From: the human T2T-CHM13v2.0 reference genome, Homo sapiens
Direction: 5' to 3' (one strand)
Length of the DNA: 64,000 nucleotides
NCBI RefSeq assembly: GCF_009914755.1
Contig: NC_060925.1
Numbering within the stretch: the first letter of the stretch is position 1; each line of letters starts with the position of its first letter. The position numbers and the translations under genes are program-made. Below are positions 12,635 to 28,179 of the stretch, piece after piece. The notes under the pieces are model-generated. The model saw nothing but the letters and a program-made list of their open reading frames with translations. It was not told the DNA's origin and made no database searches.

Positions 12635-15600
12635 TTTTTTCCAACTTTTATTTTAGATTCGGGGGTTCATGTGCAGGTTTCTGACATGGGTATATTGTGT
12701 GATGCTGAGGTTTGGGATGTGAATGATCCCATCACCCAGATAGTGAGCATAGTACCCAACAGTTAGATTTTCAGTCCTTACTCCCCATTCCCTGCCATTA
12801 ATCCTCAGGGTCTATTGTCATCTTTATGTCCATGAATACCCAATGTTTAGCTCCCACTTATAAATGAGAATATGCAATATTTGTTTTTTTGTTCTTGTAT
12901 TAATTTGCTTAGTACAAAAGCCTCCAGCTTCATAGATGTTGCTGCAAAAGACATGATTTCAGGGTTTTTTCTGTGGTTGTATAGTATTTCGTAGTGTATA
13001 TGTATCATATTTTTTCATTCAACCCACTGTTGATGGGCACCTAGGCTGATTCCATGTCTTTGCTCTTGTGACTAGTACTGTGATGAACACACGAGTGCAT
13101 GTTTCTTTTGGTAGAATGATTTGTTTTCCTTTGGGTACATACCCAGTAATGGGTTGCTGGGTCAAATGGTGGTTCTGTTTTAAGTTCTTTGAAAAACCTT
13201 CAACTGCTTTCCACAGTGGCCGAACTAATTTACATTCCCACCAACAGTATATAAGCATTCAACCCTTTTCTTTGCAGCCTCGCCAGCATCTGTTGTTTTT
13301 TGACTTTTTAATAGCAGTCATTCTGACTGGTGTGAGATGGTACTCGTTGTGGTTTTGATATGCAATTCTCTGATGATTAGTGATGTTGAGCATGTTTGTT
13401 AGCTGTTTGTCTGCCTTCTTTTGAGAAGTGTCTGTTCATGTCTTTTACCCACTTTTTAATGAGGTTATTTGTTTTTTACTTGTTGATTTAAGTTTCTTAT
13501 AGATTCTGGATATTTGACCTTTGTCAAATGGATGGTTTGTGAATATTTTCTCCCACTCTGTAATTTGTCTGTTTACTCTGTTGATAGTTTATTTTGCTGT
13601 GCTGAAGCTCTTTAGTTTAATTAGGTTTATCTTGTCAATTTTTGTTGCAATTGCTTTTGAGGACTTGGTCATAAGTTCTTTCCCAAGGACAACATCCAGA
13701 ATGGTGTTTCCTAAGTTTTCCTCTAGGATTCTTATAATATGAGATCTTATATTTAAATCTTTAATCCATCTTGAGCTAGTTTTTGTATATGATGAAAAGT
13801 AGGGGTCTGGTTTGCTGCATAAGGCTAGCAAGCTACCCCAGCACCATTTTTAAAATAGGCAGTCCTTTCTCCATTGATTATTTTTGTTGACTTTGTAAAA
13901 GATCAGATAGCTGTAGGTGCACAGCTGTATTTCTAGATTCTCTTTTCTGTTCCATTGGTCTATGTGTCTGTTTTTGTACCAGTATCATGTTGTTTTGGTT
14001 ACTGTAGCCTTATAGTATAGTTTGAAGTTGAGTAATGTGATGCCTCCAGCTTTGTTCTTTTTGTGTAGAATTGCTTTGGCTCTTTTTGGGCTCTTTTTGG
14101 GTTCCATATGAATTTTAGAATAGCTTTTTCCTAATTCTGTGAAAAATGATATTGGTAGTTTGATAGAAATAGCATTGAATCTGTAAATTGCTTTGGGCAC
14201 TATGGCCATTTTAGTGATTATTGATTCTTCCACTTCATGAGCATGGAACATTTTTCCATTTGTGCCATACACGATTTCTTTTACCAGTGTTTTCTAGTTC
14301 TCCTTGTAGACATCTTTCACCTTCTTGGATGGATGTATGCCTAGGAATTTACTGTTTTGTGGCTATTGTAAATGAGATTGCATTCTTGATTTGGCTCTCA
14401 GTTTGAACATTATTGGTGTATAGAAATGCTACTCATTTTTACACATTGATTTAGTATCCTAAAACTTTACTGATGTTGTTTGTCAGTTCCAGGAACTTTC
14501 TGGTAGAATCTTTTGGGTTTTGTAGGCATAAAATCATATCAGCAAAGAAAGATAGTTTTACTTCTTCTTTTCCTAGTAGGATTTCTTTTATTTCTTTCTT
14601 GTGCCTGATTGCTCTGGCAAGGACTTCCAGAACTATGTTGAGTAAGAGTGGTGAGAGTGGGCATTCTTATCTTGTTCCTGTTCTCAGATAGAATGCTTCC
14701 AGCTTCTACCTGCTCTGTGTGATGTTGGCTGTGGGATTGTCATAGATAGCTCTTATTATTTTGAAGTATGTTCTTTTGATGCCTACTTTGTTGAGGGCTT
14801 TTATCATGAAGGTATATTGGATTTTATTGAAAGCTTTTTCTGTATCTATTGAGATGATCGTGTGATTTTTGCTTTTAGTTCTATTTATATGATGAATCAT
14901 GTTTTTAAATATATTTCCAACTCAAGGAGATTTATGAATACATTTATTGATTTGTATATGTTTAGCCAAACTTGGCATCCTAGGAATGAAGCCTACTTGA
15001 TTGTGTTGAATTAACTTTTTGCTGTGCTGTTGAATTTGGTTTGCTAGTATTTTGTTGAGGATTTTTGTGTCTATGTTTATCAGGAATATTGGCCTGTAGT
15101 TTCCTTTTTTAGTTGTGTCTTTGACAAGTTTTGCTATCAGAGAGATGCTGGCCTCATAGAAAGTGTTAAGAAGGAGTCCTTCCTTCTTGATATTTTGTAA
15201 CAGTTTTAGTAGAATCATTACCAACTCTTCCTTGTACATCTGGTGGCATTTGGGTGTGAATCCACCTGGTCCAGTTTTTTTTTTTTTCTTTTTTTTCGGC
15301 GGGGTAGGGGAGGCAGTTCCTACCAAAAACAACAACAACAAACAAGCAAAACACATCCTCAGAGACTATTATAAACACCTCTATGTACACAAACTAGAAA
15401 ATACAGAGAAAATTCTTAGAAACAAACAACTTCCAAAGAATGAATCAGGAAGAAATTAAAACCCTTAACAGACCAATGTCAAGTTCGAAAATTGAATCAG
15501 TAATAAAAAAAATCTTTGCTAGCTTCGAGTTTAGTTTGTTCTTCTAGGTGAGATGTTAGTTTGTTAAACTGAGATCTTTCTAACTTTTTGAGGTAGCTAT

Positions 15601-15700
15601 TTAGCACAATAAACATTCCTCTTAACACTGTCTTTGCTACATCCCAGAGATTTTGGTATGTTGTACCTCTGTTTTCATTTATTTTAAACAAAGTTTTGAT
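12635..15700 (-). mobile_element. Older primate L1 (L1PB / old L1PA type), 5'-truncated, with internal inverted segment at ~15313-15512
   Basis: 3' UTR at the left end; frameshifted ORF2 fragments on minus (ORFs 13019, 13589, 13985, 14706, 14922, 15497); a plus-strand ORF2 piece [10 protein letters not shown]...NRP...IESVIK. Confidence 0.88.
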
Positions 15701-15787
15701 TTATGAGTAGCTCTGGGAAATGTAAGATTTTGAGTCCTTGAAATGCCATGTAAGTATTTTCAAAATTATAGAATACTTAAAATAATT

Positions 15788-16105
<318 letters not shown>

Positions 16106-16137
16106 AAAATAATTTAAAGTAATTTAAAATATGCTCA

Positions 16138-16431
<294 letters not shown>

Positions 16432-17265
16432 TTAAAATGTTCTGATCACTTACTTTGAGACAGACAATAGGGTACATGCTTTTATGCATTATTTTCTTTA
16501 ACACTGACAACTCCAAAAAATAAGAATTGTTGTTGTCATTGCCGTAAAGAGGAGGGAATGGATTCTTAGAGGGGCTAACCCATTTTACAGGGCCATACAA
16601 ATATAAATTTAGTTGTGGAAACTGGCCATCTTACCCCACTCTGGTCACTACTCTTGTTATATGTTTCTGGTCTAATTTCCTCTTCTAAAATTTTTAGGAA
16701 TTTCACTTGAATTAAGAACTGGTGAACATGCTCTGGTTCTAAAAGCAATCAAGATAAGCCTAATAAAAAGATTAATATAAATATATTGAAAGTCAATCAA
16801 GTGCAAAGTACTATACTTGGTATTTTGGGAAGTAAGAACAGAATAAGAATAATATCTACCTTTATGGAAGTAAGAAAAGAGTTAAACATAGGTATAATTA
16901 AATAACAATTCAAGGGTTAAACAAGGATCATAAGCACCACAACAACTTTATGCCAAACAAATGACATAATTAAATAGTAGACAGCAGGTACAGGACCCTC
17001 TAGCAGGGAATAATCACTCTGGCTAAAGAAGTGCTACAGGCTTTTTAGAGCAGTCAAGTCTTCCACATACGGTAGTGGGGACTTCAATAAGTCATATGAT
17101 GAAGCTAAGTCTCCCATGAAAGGTAATATGTGAAATACCTATGTCTCAGGAAGATGCTTCTGGTGAGGAAAATGACATTTGCCACTGCCTAGAAGTAAGA
17201 AAGTGCAAGGTTCAGTAAAGGTATCCCAAATAGATCAATAATCTGTTGTTATTCCTGTAGCTGGA

Positions 17266-17626
17266 TGTATTAGTCCCTTCTCATGCTAATAATAAAGACA
17301 TACCTGAGACTGGGTAATTTATAAAGGAAAGAGATTTAATGGACTCCCCAGTTCCACATGGCTAGGGAGGCCTCCTAATCATGGCAGAAGGTGGAGGAGG
17401 AGCAAAGGGATGTTTTACATGGCAGCAGGTAAGACAGCTTTTGCAGGGAACTCCCCTTTATAAAACCATTAGATCTCATGAGACTTATTCACTATCATGA
17501 GAACAGCATGGGAAAAACATGCCCCCCATAGTTCAATTACTTCCCACGGGGTCTCTCCCATGACACATGGGGATTTTCACAATTCAAGGTGAGATTTGGG
17601 TGGGGACACAGAGCCAAACCATATCA
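17266..17626 (-). mobile_element. THE1-type MaLR solo LTR
   Basis: TGTATTAGTCC...GCCAAACCATATCA, 361 nt. Flanks CTGGA/CTCGA. Confidence 0.88.
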
Positions 17627-18204
17627 CTCGATAAAGTCTAATAGAAAACAAAACTTCAAAGGGAATTTGGGGCCTTGAATGACACTACAAGGAGTTGGGA
17701 TTTTATGATGCACAGGAGACCATTAGTGTTTTTATGAACTGACTAGCGACAAGATAAAGTCATATACAGAAAAAATAATCTAGAATCACATGTAAAATAG
17801 ACTGGAGTAGGGAAGCCCATGCAGGTAGTAACAGTGAGATGGTTAAAAATATCAAACAGGAAAAATAATTATTAAAGACGTCTTTTCCTGAATGTATAGG
17901 AAGTAGTCGTGAATGAGGCAGGGATGTGGGAATGCTGCATTTCAGCAGTAGTCTGTGGCAGAAGAAATATCTTTAGCAGTTATATATACTTTCTTTTTAA
18001 TTAAAAAAAAAACTTGTGACACTTAGGGATGGAATGTGTTAGATTTCAATATGGTATGATAAAATCACTATTCAGAAAAGAGTGTTCCTTTATCAAACAT
18101 GAACAATGACGTTAATCTCATAAAAGCCTACTTCCAAAGTACTAACTTACCCTTCTGTTCCTGGTTAAAAAGGGAATTGTTTTTCAGTGTGAGGATAAGA
18201 AGAA

Positions 18205-18400
18205 ACCATGTCTTGTGATGGAATTGTTCTGTGTCTTGATTATATCAGAGTTAAAATCTTAGTTGTGATATTGTATTATAGTTTTAGAAGATGTTGACAT
18301 TGGGAGAAACTGAAATAAAGATACATGGAATCTCTGTCTCTTGTAATTTCTTGTGAATCTGTAATTATCTCAAAATAAAATATTTAAATTAAAAAATACT
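18205..18400 (+). mobile_element. Ancient L1M 3' end
   Basis: TGTGATGGAATTGTTCTGTGTCTTGATT...GTGAATCTGTAATTATCTCAAAATAAAA followed by an A-rich tail. Confidence 0.6.
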
Positions 18401-18709
18401 GTTGTGCAGGGGAGCATGCCAGGTAAGAAGACACAAACACTTTAAAGTCCAAAGAAGTTTATGCTAAAGCAATAATCACTGGATTGAGCGTTTTAATCAA
18501 GTACTATTTAATCTTCAGGAAAAACTCTTGATAGTGGAATGGGTTCTATTTTAGATGAGAGAAATAGATGACAAGAAAAGCTTTTAGAGAGGTTTGGTAA
18601 CTTGGCCAGTGTTATACAGCTAGGAAGTGGTAGAGCTATGTGTCGGCACTGAAGCATTCAGACTCTACAGTGCATACAACTTTACGGCTTCCATATACCT
18701 ATTCTTTCT

Positions 18710-19850
18710 ACATTTTAAAAATCACGTAATAAAACATAACATATAAAAATATATACAATATCAATTCTATTTTAATGACAAATTTAAAAGCAAAAGGCCA
18801 TGTAACCATCACTCACGTTGAAAAAATAGAATGTTGCCAGCACCCCAGAAATCTCCTGTCCATAATTGGATCCCTTTCCCTTCCTCACAGATAAATATGA
18901 GGACTTTTGAAGAACCATGTCCTTGCTTTTCTACTGAGAAATGCATCCCTTAACAACATAATTAAGTTTCTCATGGTTTTCTAACTTATATTAATAGAGT
19001 TATGTTGTATATATAATTTTTGCATCTTGCTTTGTGTAACATGATATTCATGTGTTCTATACATGTTTTTGAGAGTAGCCATACTTCACTCATTTTCACT
19101 ACTGTGTAGTATTCCTACAGGGCAAATGTTATTTATTTATTCTACTCTTGATAGATATTTAGAATGTTTTTATAGTTTGGCTATGACATCAATGTAATTA
19201 TACACATTTTTGTATATGTGTCCTGAAGTGCATATACAAATTTTCTAGGACAAATGTCCTGGAGAGGAATTGTTGATATATGTTCAATTTTACTAGACAA
19301 TGCTCATCTCTTTTTGAAAGTATGTCAATTCTAGTGTACATGTGAGTCCATGTGAGTTCTCATTGTTCTATATCCTCAAAAAGACCTTATTGTCAGACTT
19401 TGAAATTTTTGCCAGTATTAGATGTAAAAAATGGTATGTTGTTTGGGTATTATCTTTTACTTTTGGATTATTACAGAAGTTGGCCCATTTTCTTATGTTT
19501 ATCAGACATTTAATTTTTCTTCTTTTGTGAAATGACTTTTCAGATGTTAACTCCAGTTTGTTATAGATGTGTAGGCATGTTTTATATATTCTGGATACAG
19601 TTTTCTGATGGTTACATGTGTTCTAAATATCATCTCTCTTATTATTTATCTTTGTGGGCCCTTATAGTATATTTTGATAAAAAATAAATGTTAATTTTAG
19701 TAACTCGTTTATTATTATGAAACTACATTTTTATAACTAATAATACTACTCACTGTAAAGTCTTGTCTGATATTAAAATAGGCACATCAGCTTTCTTTTC
19801 TCTTTCATTCTTTGACTTTCAACCCTGTTGTTTGACTTTGTTTTAGAGGA
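18710..19850 (-). mobile_element. Ancient L1M fragment, boundaries approximate
   Basis: T-rich degenerate reverse complement of L1 3' region (CATTTTCACTACTGTGTAGTATTCC; GTCAGACTTTGAAATTTTTGCCAGT). Confidence 0.55.
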
Positions 19851-21228
19851 GGAGGCTTAACAGCTAGTTCAGGGTCCTCTCCTCAGGCCTTGAGGACTCC
19901 TCAGGATATAACTATTGGCTAAACACTCCTTGCAACACTACCTCAAGGAGTATACCAAATCCAAATAAATGAGAATCCATTTGAGGACTATCTACTAGTC
20001 CAAGCACCAAACCTTATTGTCAACATCTTTTATAATTAATGGTTAGCTGGCATTAATGAGATGTAGCTGTAGCAAGGAATGGATATTAATCATTTACCAG
20101 ATAGCCTCTATAAATGTTGTGGTTTCATTCAATGGCATTTTACTAAGCTTTGAGGAAAAATGAGGGAGCACTATGCTATTGACATAAAAAGATGTTTACT
20201 CCATGTGAATTAGAGAAAAAAAGCAAGTTGCAGAACAGGATAAATTGTATGGCCAATTATTTTGAAGTATCAATTTTGTGCATATACATTTACGTAAGTA
20301 ATCATTCAATCAACAAATTAGTTCTTGAGTGCGTCTCCTGTTCTGGGAACTATTTCAAAACAAAGTCAAAAGCTTCCAAGCCAATTGTGTTCTTTTTCAG
20401 GGATCTTCCTCCAACCACTTCAGCCCTTCTGTCATGACCACGTACCTTTAAAACTTGGTTAGATAGCAAAACTCACTAAGCTTTCATTTCTTGACCAACA
20501 AAATGGGGTAATATTCCTTGCCCTGGTGGCCTGACAGTTGATCTGAGAATCAAACAAGTGAGCATATATGAATGTGCTTTAGTAATAAGCACTGTGCACA
20601 TAGAAGGGACACACACAGAACTGTCCCCTTGCTTCTAGTATGAGTTAAAGTTTTACTTGCTATAGGAAGCTCACCTTAGACTATCTCCTCCAATTCTGAC
20701 CTATGTCATGTGCTGCACTTCTCTTGTAAAAACTAAACTAACATCTCTCAAAAACAAGCTTAGGCAGGTCTGTATTCCTCCGTGGCACACTATCTGTCAT
20801 TAGCCAATAGTTTCTTATATTTGTATGCTATCTTTTCATTTAAAATTCATTCCTTTCCAATGAAGTCCAGAAAGTGCAAAGAAACAAGTATTTACTAAAT
20901 ACTGTAAAATAATTTTTGTAAGTCTGCTGGATTTAGATTTGGTTTCTGGTAGTCATCTGGCTCATCAGTAACTATGGGGTAGCTACTATGAGCCAGACAT
21001 TGTGTTGCATGCTGGTAATACAGAAGTTGTCAGAACAGTCATGGTTACTTCCTTCACAAAACTTTCAATCTAAGCGAAAGAACAGACATTAGAGGTATTA
21101 TGAGGATGTAAAGTTTACTTTTTAAAAATCAGATGGATAGAAGGAAAACATGGGATAGAGAAGGGAGAGGTGGATGCTAACCTAGTCTGGGTAGGATACG
21201 TAATAGGGCTTATCTGAGAAACTGACCT

Positions 21229-21555
<327 letters not shown>

Positions 21556-24411
21556 GAAACTGACCTATAAGCTAAACTTGGCACTCAGAGCTACTTCATC
21601 AAGAGGAAGATGTCATAAGCCATTATTTCACTAATGATAACAAAGAAATATTTTATAACAATAAGTGAAAAGCTTTCAAAGATATATCAATAAGTTGATT
21701 ATTATTTGAAAAATTAAATATGATGGGTTTATTAGATAAGCAAGCCGCCACTAGAATCTTTGAGCTTGGCTCTTCTTATTGGCCTTTAAGATGTCTATTG
21801 TATTGAAACAAAGTTTAAGAAAATGGAAATTTTGTTCATTTACTTATTTATTCTTGCCACTCTTAGCATGAAGAAAGTCATTTTAAATTTATCTTCACGC
21901 ACTACCCCCCCATCAAAAAAACAAACACACACACACAAAAAACACCTCTCCGTGTTAAATGTGGATTAAATAAAATTTAGGAATGAGTCAGGGTTTCAAC
22001 AGGAAACCAATGACAACTCAAATGGCATGGAAAAGATTTTAGTGGAACTCCTATTTACAAAGATGCGGACAGGGTTAAGGGAAAGCAACCAGTGACAATA
22101 AAGCATTCCCAGCTAGTACTAGCTAAGATTCCTAGACCATTTTAACTAGTTGGCTAGGAGCCAGTAAACTTCTTTATGTTTTTAGAGGAAAGGGTGAGAA
22201 CAAATTCAGGAACCTGGAGAAAGAAAGAGGCTTCAAATAGGAAATGTAGCCTTTACTGGAGGAATGCAACCCTGGAATCCAGAGCCATGCAGAAAGAGAG
22301 CCAGGGAGAATGAGTTCTGAGACTCCATGCTCCTCTCACCCTCTCATCTTTTGCCGTTGCTGCCCATGGACAAACCAACAGGAAGCCAGAGAGAGAGGAA
22401 GCCCATTGCCACTGTGAGGAAGGTTCAGCCTTACAGGGCACAGGGCAGAGTTGAAAAAGAGTGAATCTAGAAAAGCAAAAGAGAAATATTCACCATAAAA
22501 AATCACTTACTCTATTATATTGTACCATATTGTATTTTTTCAGGCTTTTTCTTGCTTATTCTCTGGCACTAATAATCAGTAAGACAGCTGAAGCAAAATA
22601 AAACTGTAACATGCCATGTGGCAAAGGGGGTCAGGTTCTGGCTTAATTCAGTTTAATTTAATCTAGTTCTAGACATTCAGTTCTTCAATGGATAATCCAC
22701 AAAATGGATACTTAATTCCCATTGGCTGTACAACAGAAGGAGTTTCAAGTTTATCACCTTTCTGTTTCCATAATGATAGGATTTTTAAGGTGTTTAATTT
22801 TCACAGGGAAGCTGGATGATAATTGTCCATAAAGCATATCCACTGGGATATATATCTTTGTGCCTCTTCATCATGTTATGTCAAATTGTATTTCCTAAGG
22901 TGCTCAATAGGTTGTCATATATAACCAAGGAAATTCAATGCAAGTACAATACAATGTAAATTTAATACAAGGTATCTCTATTTACGCTGAAGAATTGTGT
23001 TTACTGTAAGAATTAAACAACAATGCTTTAGTGTGTCATAAAAATAACATGTGTAGTGAATATAGATGCTCCAAACATATTTGTTTGTCTTTTCCAGTGC
23101 AGCATGGCAATAGGAATATGAACTGAGGGCTCCCCTCAAGGTCCAGATGCTGATTAAATGTGGCAGATATCTCCCTGTGTGAATACTTGATCCTTCAATT
23201 AAAAAGGAAAAGAGAGAAGAGCTTTCACATTGCGGGATAATGCCTTATTACTGTTATGCTCTCCTAAAAATGGAATCAACGGAATCTAAAAAAGACTGTG
23301 CTTGGGAAATTCTACCTGACAAACTGACTGGAGGTGTTTCATAAAAGTTACGCAAGGTTTGCTCAAAACTGTCAAGCAGTTTTCCTAAGTGATTCGCTGA
23401 GTTCTATAATCCATTTCACTTATTAAAACTGAGCATTTCCAGGAAAGAAAATAGAATCACATTTTGACCATTTAAAAATAAAGTTATTTTAAAATAAAAA
23501 GTAAGAAAATCAAATGAAATATCAAACAGTTATCTCTCCAAAACCAGAGAAAAACCAGAACACAGATCTTATGAATTTTAAATATTGGCACTAAGAACAG
23601 GACATTGAACAAGTAAAAGTAACAAAATTTTGTTTTCATACAGCTAGATTAAATTCTACATTATAAGCCTTTCTACAAAAAGTAGAGGCAGATAATATAG
23701 TGAATAAAACCGTGAATTTTTGTCATTCACACCTTGCTTTGATTTATACAATCTTTCTGCTTAACCAGCTGTCTTGATTTTGAATAATTAAACTGTTTAA
23801 TACTTATAAATCTAAGTTTCCACATTTGTGAGATAACAATACCTATTTCATGGGCTAGTTATGGGAATTAAAGTGCCTGGCAAATTCTTATAAATTATAG
23901 CTATTATTATTATTACTAATGTTATTATTGTTAACAGGAAATCAAGTATTTATTTCTATGCATGCATAGAATATTTAATTTGTATTTATACATATATCTT
24001 CATGTGCATACATTATGAAAACTTATTTCTATAGCATCATCTCTTAATGTGAAGGACAACATGTATAGAGTGTGTATAAGAGACCTATAGTTAATTGATT
24101 TCTCTACCACCCATTATTGACAGAATATATAAGCTCAAAACACTGAGCCAAATGTTTTTTTTAAATAACGTTCTATTGTCTTCAAGGTACTACGTGTAAG
24201 TCTACAAAAATAATCAACCTGCTAAGATGTTTCTATTATTTTTGACATGATTGCCACCATTTTGACATATGTTCACATATAAATTCTCACAAAGATGGGC
24301 CAATATGAAAGACTAAATTAGGAAAATATTTCCATAAGCTTCTCAGGTCCCCTTCACTTCTCAAGAAGATGCTAGACCATGTCTAATGGGTGCCCAGCTC
24401 TCATGCTTCTC

Positions 24412-24741
24412 CCTCTCTCTCTTTTTTGTTTTAGACATGGTCTCACTCTGTCACCCAGGCTGAAGTGCAGTGTCACAATTGTGGTTCACTGCAAACCCTG
24501 CCTCCCACGTTCAAGCGATTCTCATGCCCCAGCCTCCCAAGTAGCTGGGACTACAGGCACACACTACCACGCCTGGCTAATTTTTTTTTTCTTTTTTCTT
24601 TTTCTTTTTTTTTTTTTTTTTGGTAGAGACAGGGTTTCATCATGTTTCCTAGGCTGGTCTTGAACTCCCAGGCTCAGGTGATTTGCCCACCTCGACCTCC
24701 CAAATTGCTGGGATTACAGGGGTGAGCCACCACGCCCAGCC
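24412..24741 (-). mobile_element. AluJ-like element with expanded central A-tract
   Basis: Dimeric Alu, ~40-nt T-rich linker at 24581-24621, flanking repeat CATGCTTCTC. Confidence 0.88.
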
Positions 24742-26319
24742 ACATGCTTCTCTCTTAATTATGCCCATGTGGTTATTAACAAATCCTGACCACAGTAAAA
24801 ACATATCCTTTCATACTGAGACATGCAGAGCACAAACAAGACAAGTCTATGTGCTGTCTTTCATTAGGAAATCTACAGATTACCAGGCTGATGAAATCTT
24901 AAGCAAAAGGACTAGGTCTCTAAGTGTGTGCTTTAAGCCTTCAGCAGGCCAAGAGGAAGATTCCTCTCTGCTGTCTTTGAAATCATCCCACCTATATTAC
25001 ATAATCATCAAATGTGCTCACAGTGTGCATTTGTGTATGTTGTATGATTGCATATGAATATGCTTCTCACATCAACACTATTACAATTTTGGTATTGTCC
25101 CTATCATCGGTAAATATTAATTCATTCGACAGCTTTATAAGATGCCTCTACTCCGTGGCACTCTGCCAAAGGCCAGGACTAGGGCAGTGAAAAAGATACA
25201 TATGATTCCTGCCCTCATGGGGCTCAGTCTAATAAAGAAACTATTTTAGGTCGATTTACTTAGGTAAAGATAGAGGTTAGTTACAAGGAATTATAGCTAT
25301 TAATAAAAGATAAACATTTTATATTCTATATTTTTAGTTAGTATTTAAAAAAAACACATATTCTAATTAGTTTAAAATGTCACTGTAAATGTTATGCTAG
25401 ATAATGACGAATAAGTTTGGCATAGTCAGATAGCTATGCTGTTTTAGCAAGGTAGACTTGAAGTGTGAAGAAAAAACATATTTCAGGATTCTAAGGCCTA
25501 AGCTTCTAAAAAGGAATATGGCTCATGAGAATTTGGAAGCTCTCAAAAGCAGAACTTTAATTACGCAATTGCAATCTACACAATATAGGTCACAAATGTA
25601 TTAGACAGTAATCCTTTGTGCTACTTCTCTGTGATAGCTAATGGTCTTACAAAGGAAGCGTCAAGGTCCTACATAATAAGGGTTCCTATGGACCTTGGAC
25701 CTAAAAGTCGCTCTTTTCAGCGGTTTTAAAATCATGTCTGAAATCACAGCCTGTAAAGAACACCTTTGCCAGAGGGAACGTGGGTGCAAAGGACTCTGAT
25801 TAGAGAAACAGAGCTGGAGTGTCACACCATCATTTTTGCAGGTATGTGAAGCAAGGGACTAGAATTAAGCAGGACATATTTGAAGGCAAGCAAAGCCTTA
25901 GGTGTGAATCAAGTGATAATGACTCAGTACTTAAAGACTGTACTTGGCAGACTGAGGCAATTAATAGCAAGTAACCTTGTTTGTAATAGCAAAAACCACA
26001 GAAATGTCCATCAATAAAAAGATGGGTCTTGTAAGCTGTAGTTTCATTCAGTGGGATTGCATACTGCCTTTTGAAAGAATGAGGTCACGTTCCACTGAAC
26101 TGCAAGGAAAGATGTTTGCACCATATTGTGAAGTGAGAAAAGTAAATTCCACAACAACTCAAATAGTATGAGCTCACCCTTGTTTAAAAAATGCATACTT
26201 CACGCATAGATCTCTATGTGATTATTAATCAGCAATTTTTTTTGTTTTAAACTAACACTGTTCTTAATCTTTTTTTCTAGTTTAGTTTATAGCATTTTAT
26301 TACATCCTCTCTGTATCTT

Positions 26320-26995
26320 TTTTTTATTACAGTAAAAAGCACAACGTAAAATTGGGCATCTTAACCATTTTAAGTGTACCATTGTGTTATCTACATACAC
26401 GTGGTTGTGCAACAGAGTTGTAGAACTTTTTCGTCTTGGAAAACTGAAGCTCTAAACCCATTGAACAGCAACTCTCCATTTCCCCCTTCCACCGAGACCT
26501 TGGTAACCGTAATTCTAATTTCTGTTTCTGTGCATTCAACTACTATAGATAAACTCACGTAAGTGCAATCATGCAGTATTTGTCTTTTTGTGAGTGGCTT
26601 ATTTCATTTACCATAATGTCCTCAAGTTTCATCCAGAGCATATTGTATGACAGGACTTCCTTCTTTTTAAGGCCGAGTGATATGCCATTGTGTAAATATA
26701 TCACATTTTGCTTATCTACTTATCTGTCCATAGACACTTAGGTTGTTTGCACCTCGTAGCTACCGTGAATAATGCTGCAATGCATCTTGTTTCCAATTCT
26801 TTTGGATATATTTCAAGAAGTGGGATTGCTACATCATCTAATAATTCTATTATTAATTATTTGAGGAACCTCTACACTACTTTTCATAGCAGATGCACCA
26901 TTTAATATTCCCACCAACAGTATTTAAGGGTTCCAGTTTCTCCACATCCTTTCCAGAACATGTTGTTTTCTGTTTTTTTCTTTAATAATGGTAAT
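26320..26995 (-). mobile_element. L1MA/MB 3' end
   Basis: CATCTTAACCATTTTAAGTGTAC...ATCATGCAGTATTTGTCTTTTTGTGAGTGGCTTATTTCATTTA...TTCCCACCAACAGT. Confidence 0.75.
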
Positions 26996-28179
26996 CAACA
27001 ATTTTTTAACTGAGCAATTATTATGTCTCAGGCACTATTCTTGGAGCTGCTGGTACACTGCTGAACAAAAGACACCAAATTAGGAAAAATTCTCAGGGCT
27101 CATGAAGTATGTACTGAACCAACTAGCAAGCTTTCCAGCACAGACACTGTGGAGCAGGACCAGGCTGGGAGACAAGGAAGAGAACTGAAATAACAAGGGG
27201 AGAGGATCTTTTCTTAAAGCATTGGTTAAGGATTACCATCAGACTTTCACGAGTAGGAGATGATCATTTAAGTCAGAATCAGTTATGACAAGGAGAGAAT
27301 GTTTCCTAAGCCACGCTGGCCAAAGGCTACCAATTGTTTGATTGGCAAGGACTGGACATTTATATTAGAACTTTTTATACCTTTCATATTTTGTCATATA
27401 TAGGCAAGCATAAAAATATACCTAGTTCTCATTATAGAAATTGAGTTTAATTTTTCTCAACAAGTCTTTGTTCATGTTTATAAATCCCTAGTGAACAAAC
27501 ATACCTTTAGGTACATAACTGATTAACAGAGTCAAGATTTTGAAACCTGAGTGTGCAAAACCAGGCAAGTAATACCTGTTTCAGACTAAACACATGTCTA
27601 TATCTGGTCCTGCAACATCTTCGTGAGGATGCAGAGGGATGACATGTCCACATCTCATAGGGAACCACTAGGAGCTGCTTCTCTGTGTACCTGGCACCTT
27701 GTGCACCTCCCCACCTTGTGAGAATTCATTTATATGGATATTTTCCCCGAGGACTCTGATATCCTTGAGATCAAGAAGCAAGGAAATGCACTGTATAGAT
27801 AAGAGTGAAGGAACCTAGTAGGTCATCAAAATACATATTTTGAATGAACAAATGCAAATTTTTTGCATGGCATGAGGAGGCTCCTGAAGCGATCTGGGTG
27901 AGCAATATTAATGGCCTTCACTAGAGAAGTGCAGTCGAGGGGTTGTGTGGTGACAGCAGTCAGGGGTGAGCAAGGTTTAAGGTGAAGACTGCTGCCCAGT
28001 ATACTGGCTGGCAGGGCTGGGTGGTGCAAATCCATGAGAGAGGGAATACAGGAGAAAGAGCAAGCAGAGAGATGGAGACCATGAGGAGAAATCAACTTGG
28101 ATATGCTGGGTTTAAGATGTAACAAAAATCCAGGGGGAGGATTTTGTGAGAGGTCTCAGTTGGAAAATGTAGTAAATAC

